Shown: piece by piece, positions 30,013 to 34,001 of the stretch
How positions within the stretch are numbered: position 1 is the first letter of the stretch
How the letters are laid out: every line of letters starts with the position of its first letter
NCBI GenBank assembly: GCA_051942245.1
Contig: JAVECL010000238.1
Location: 1 to 34,001, forward strand
Direction of reading: 5' to 3'
Source: Trypethelium eluteriae
Taxonomy: Eukaryota
Length of the DNA stretch: 34,001 nt
The notes under the pieces: generated by a model
What the model was told of the DNA's origin: nothing
The model's input: the letters and a program-made list of their open reading frames with translations, nothing else
Databases searched by the model: none
Program-made: the position numbers and the translations under genes

Positions 30013-33000
30013 ATGGCTTGGGAACAACTGGATGTTAACAAGCCACATTTGGTCTACATTATACTCGGAGGCTTTACCAGCCTTTTTATGCTGTGTTCTT
30101 CCGTCATCAAGGAACGTCTTTACATAGGCGAAGCTACCGTAGCCACGATATGTGGTATTATTTTCGGGCCCCATGCCGCGAATCTGATCAACCCAGCAAC
30201 CTGGGGCAATACCGATCAAATAACACTTGAATTCGCTCGTATTGTTTTGGTTGTCCAATGCTTCGCTGTTGGCGTCGAGTTGCCTAAATACTACATGGAG
30301 CGTCACTGGAGGTCTGTCACCTTTCTGTTAGTTCCGGTTATGGCTTTCGGCTGGCTTGTCACGAGTCTTTTCATCTGGTGGATGGTTCCTCCCCTCAACT
30401 GGCTAGACAGTCTCTGTGTCGCTGCCTGTGTCACTGCGACTGATCCCGTCCTCGCGTCATCAGTGGTCGGCAAAGGCAAGTTTGCAAAGCGTGTGCCGAG
30501 ACATTTGCGTGATTTACTCTCCGCCGAATCGGGATGTAATGATGGCATGGCTTTTCCCTTCATTTATCTGGCACTTTATCTGATCAAATATCGCCCGAAC
30601 GCGCATGAGGTTGCTTTTCATTGGTTCTGTTATACTATTCTCTACGAATGTATCTTTGGTGCTTTTTATGGCGTCTGCGTAGGCTATGCCGCAAGACACG
30701 CTATTCGATGGGCTCACGAGAAGGATTTGATAGATCGTGAAAGCTTTCTGGTGTTTTACTTTGTTCTTGCTTTGTTCTGCGCAGGCTCAGGCAGCATCCT
30801 GGGCATGGACGACTTACTGATCGGTTTTTCTTGCGGAGTGGGCTTCAGCAATGATGGATGGTTTCTTGAGAAGACCGAAGAGTCGCACGTCTCCAATGTC
30901 ATTGATCTTCTCATCAATTTGGCTTTCTTTGTTTACTTTGGAACAATTATACCATGGGCACAGTTCAATGCTGATGTCATAGGCTTGTCCGCTTGGCGAT
31001 TAGTTGTCATCGGACTCTTCGTGATTTTCTTCAGAAGAATTCCGATCATGATGGCTTTGAAACCCATCATACCGGATATCAAGACATGGCGTGAAGCCTT
31101 ATTTGCTGGACATTTCGGTCCAATTGGCGTGGGAGCCATATTCGTGGCTATTCTCGCGCGTGCGGAATTGGAGACAGACACCACCACGCCCTTGGCAGTT
31201 CTGCCAGAACCAGGCTTCGAACATTTGAACATCATCGAACTGATCTGGCCGATCACAACATTCCTCGTCATCTGTTCGATTATCGTACATGGTTCTTCCA
31301 TTGCAGTATTCACACTCGGAAAGCATATCAACACGCTGACCCTCACCATGTCGTACACACAGGCCAATGAAGAGGGCCCATCCTGGATGGACAGATTGCC
31401 ACGTATCCAGTCTCGCTCCAAGAGCTCTATGTCACTGCGAAGACCTGATGATACTGAATCATCGATGGATGAGAAGCTCGAGTATCCAGCAAATACGCTG
31501 TCGCCCGCGTCTCCTGTCGGGGCTCCTCGCAACTTTCTACGTAGACAAAAGGACGACGAGCCTACCAGCCGGTCCTCTAGCCGACAGCGACCACGTTCGA
31601 AGAAGAATTGGGAGCACGGTCTGAGACCTGGGGGCCCTATCAGCCAATCAGCAATCGCACCACAGGCTCGCCGTGGTGATGGTGCCAACATCCCTCCCGC
31701 TCCTAGTAGGAGTGATTCTGAGACTATAGCCATGAAAGGTAGCGACGAATCCCCAGGAAGCAGCGTTGAGCAGCAGCAGCAGCCCGTATCAGAAGAACCT
31801 GAGGAAGAGGTTTACAAGGAAGGGGATAAACTTGTCTTTGAAGATGAAGAAGGGAATGTGCTCGATGTTGTTCAGAGTCATGGAGAAACCAAAGACGAAA
31901 GAACCAAGCATGAAGTAGAGGAAGGCTTAGACTTGATGAAGAAAAAGCATATCCACCATGGTGTTGCTCACACAGAGGACAATCATCCAACACATCAGCC
32001 ACACCGGGCAGAATCTGGCAAGGACAAGGTGGAAGCTACTGCACAAGATGGTGCACAAGATGGTAATCGGCCTGGCAGGTTTAGGGACCGGCTCAAGCGA
32101 ATGGATACACTCAAGCGAATGGATACATTCAAGGGCTGGAACCGCGGTCAAGCAAGTGAGAAACCTTCTGAAATTGCCAAATCTCGTCCTGAGCCCAAGC
32201 GCGGCCCGGCTCTGGCTTACCAATTTGGTAATACCATCATTGTCGAAGACGAGGATGGGGAGGTGTTGAAGAAGTATGATATCCCGGCCGATCGCAGAAA
32301 GTCTTACGCCGATCCTTCCCGCACAAAACAACGTTTGGCTCGGATGGGCCAGTACCTGGGCATGGGTCATCAAGCAGCTGAAACAACAGCTGGACCCTCA
32401 AGTCAGCAGTCTGGAGCCCAGGAGAAGCCAAAGGGTGCTGAAGAAGAAGACGACGAGCGTATCCGCTTCACCGTCGGCGCTGGTGGTCGACGGATGAGTA
32501 AAATAGAATTCATCCAGCAGATCCAGAAGCTCGATCCTAAATCCCGCAAGGAGTTCGTCGAGCAGAGCGACGTTCCGGAGGAAGTCAAAGACGAAGCCCG
32601 CGCCGACGCACAAGAGCACGCCGACAACAAGCGCCGCGCTACGGATCCCGACATCTCGATCTCCCCCGGCGCTGAGATCAACCTCTCCAACAATACCTCC
32701 TCCGAATCTACAGACGCTGCTACGGCAGCAGCCATCGAGAAAGCTATGTCCCATGAAGATGCCCCTTCAACCGGTCCAGACGGCCTCACCCGCGTCCAGT
32801 CGAATCGCTCCGAAATCCCCTTCCACTCCCTCCCCGCCGACCTCCACCAACTCTCGCCGGGCCGCAGCGAGACCGCCGCCCAACGCCGTCGACGCCTCGC
32901 CTCTCGCTCGCGCCGCGACGAGGATTCAGACGATGACGGAACCGAACGCGTGCCTCCGCAACATGCGGTCTCAGCCACCAGGCCTCGCGGGAGTGGGCCC

Positions 33001-33276
33001 GCCATGCCACCGCATGGGAGGTTGCATACGCAGGAGGGGGAGACGGCGGCAGAGCGGAGGAGGAGAGAGGGTGCGTTGGGCATTTCGCGGCAGGAGGAGA
33101 GTAGTGATGAAGATGAGAGTGCGCCGAGACAGGTGCCGAGTGGGGCGGTGACGGAGGAAGGGCCGGTCACGACGTCGGCGGCGGCGGCAAGGACACCGGG
33201 GATACGATTTGCGGATCAGCCGAGTACGGGGTCGAGGTTGAGATGGCATGATAGTGTGGGGAAGAGAAAGGGATAG
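30013..33276 (+). CDS. NHA1: Plasma-membrane Na+(K+)/H+ antiporter, Nha1/Sod2 family, with a long hydrophilic C-terminal tail (1087 aa)
   Basis: MAWEQL…KERLYIGEA, VGVELP, ATDPVLASSVVGKGKFA, SAESGCNDG, GMDDLL, GHFGPIGVGA, SIIVHGSS. About 440 aa of transmembrane domain, then a charged tail. Confidence 0.96.
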   Translation: MAWEQLDVNKPHLVYIILGGFTSLFMLCSSVIKERLYIGEATVATICGIIFGPHAANLINPATWGNTDQITLEFARIVLVVQCFAVGVELPKYYMERHWRSVTFLLVPVMAFGWLVTSLFIWWMVPPLNWLDSLCVAACVTATDPVLASSVVGKGKFAKRVPRHLRDLLSAESGCNDGMAFPFIYLALYLIKYRPNAHEVAFHWFCYTILYECIFGAFYGVCVGYAARHAIRWAHEKDLIDRESFLVFYFVLALFCAGSGSILGMDDLLIGFSCGVGFSNDGWFLEKTEESHVSNVIDLLINLAFFVYFGTIIPWAQFNADVIGLSAWRLVVIGLFVIFFRRIPIMMALKPIIPDIKTWREALFAGHFGPIGVGAIFVAILARAELETDTTTPLAVLPEPGFEHLNIIELIWPITTFLVICSIIVHGSSIAVFTLGKHINTLTLTMSYTQANEEGPSWMDRLPRIQSRSKSSMSLRRPDDTESSMDEKLEYPANTLSPASPVGAPRNFLRRQKDDEPTSRSSSRQRPRSKKNWEHGLRPGGPISQSAIAPQARRGDGANIPPAPSRSDSETIAMKGSDESPGSSVEQQQQPVSEEPEEEVYKEGDKLVFEDEEGNVLDVVQSHGETKDERTKHEVEEGLDLMKKKHIHHGVAHTEDNHPTHQPHRAESGKDKVEATAQDGAQDGNRPGRFRDRLKRMDTLKRMDTFKGWNRGQASEKPSEIAKSRPEPKRGPALAYQFGNTIIVEDEDGEVLKKYDIPADRRKSYADPSRTKQRLARMGQYLGMGHQAAETTAGPSSQQSGAQEKPKGAEEEDDERIRFTVGAGGRRMSKIEFIQQIQKLDPKSRKEFVEQSDVPEEVKDEARADAQEHADNKRRATDPDISISPGAEINLSNNTSSESTDAATAAAIEKAMSHEDAPSTGPDGLTRVQSNRSEIPFHSLPADLHQLSPGRSETAAQRRRRLASRSRRDEDSDDDGTERVPPQHAVSATRPRGSGPAMPPHGRLHTQEGETAAERRRREGALGISRQEESSDEDESAPRQVPSGAVTEEGPVTTSAAAARTPGIRFADQPSTGSRLRWHDSVGKRKG

Positions 33277-33733
33277 GGAGATAGATTTATGGGAGAATGG
33301 TTAGGGGAGAAGTGTTTTGTTTGGAGTGGTACTGGGTTCAACATTGTCCATACGATAGGGCTACTACATGTATCGTGCAATAATTCATATAGATGTCGCA
33401 AAATAGTGATGCAGTTCTGGGTGCTTTTAGTATGAACAATGACATCCAAGCCGTCTTCGGACTCTAATAGACGAATATTCCGTGAAGAAAATCTATTTAA
33501 TTTTTAGACTAGTGAACGTTTAGAGAGCAAGTAATGATTAGATTCGACCATTCCACCGCGCTTGGGTACTCGAGTCCCCCCAAAATGAGTGATCCTAACG
33601 CAACAAGATAGAGCTTTCCAAGGTCTATACTGATTTCAGGTCATCGCAAATACCACATCTATGACTTACAGTCAAATGCCTTCTTGCCGCCGTGTGATGA
33701 GAGACCAAAGCGTCTACCCACCAAACGCCAGGA

Positions 33734-34001
33734 TTAAGCCTCCCCTTGCTGTTCAATGATATTACGATTCAGATTGATCTTCTCCAATATCTTGTCCGCT
33801 CCCTTCTCGACTAATACCCTTGCGATATCCCAACCCAACTGGTCCGCCTCTTCTCTATTTGTCACCCTCCTCGTCATTTCCGCCTCCACTGCCTCCGTCC
33901 CATCCACACTCACTACAATTGCTCTCATCACCAGCTCATCCGTCTCCTCCTCCTCATCCTCCTCTCTCTTCTCCTCCACCGCCTTCCCATCAGCCCCATA
34001 C
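33734..34001 (-). CDS. HEM3: 3' end of porphobilinogen deaminase (hydroxymethylbilane synthase), truncated by the window edge
   Basis: LVMRAIVVSVDGTEAVE…EEADQLGWDIARVLVEKGADKILEKI matches the C-terminal domain of fungal PBG deaminase; preceded by an acidic loop insertion. Confidence 0.8.
   Translation of the reverse strand, partial: YGADGKAVEEKREEDEEEETDELVMRAIVVSVDGTEAVEAEMTRRVTNREEADQLGWDIARVLVEKGADKILEKINLNRNIIEQQGEA

Overview
A 34-kb eukaryotic window, most likely from a filamentous ascomycete (Pezizomycotina). The evidence is short GT..AG introns of 50-80 nt with CTRAY branch sites and fungal-type proteins. The left part (1-18.9 kb) is a block of core genes: the 3' end of an unknown gene, an uncharacterised low-complexity protein divergent from the NUD1/Cdc11 LRR scaffold, VPS15, LEA1 (U2A'), and a HIRAN-SNF2-RING (HLTF/Rad5-type) helicase. 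The middle (about 19-29 kb) looks accessory. It holds a spliced orphan gene, a secreted Thr/Ser-rich repeat protein, a secreted six-bladed beta-propeller divergent from a broken transcription-factor-like gene, and several decayed reading frames whose stops are mostly TAA/TAG (RIP-like). The right part has NHA1 (Na+/H+ antiporter), with clustered PacC-type GCCARG sites, a 5'UTR intron and uORFs, convergent with the 3' end of HEM3. The most unusual signal is a recurring sharp C-rich to G-rich switch at synonymous codon positions about 0.3-0.7 kb before the stop codon of several genes. I saw no rRNA, tRNA, CRISPR array or intact transposon. All family assignments come from motif recognition by eye, not database searches.
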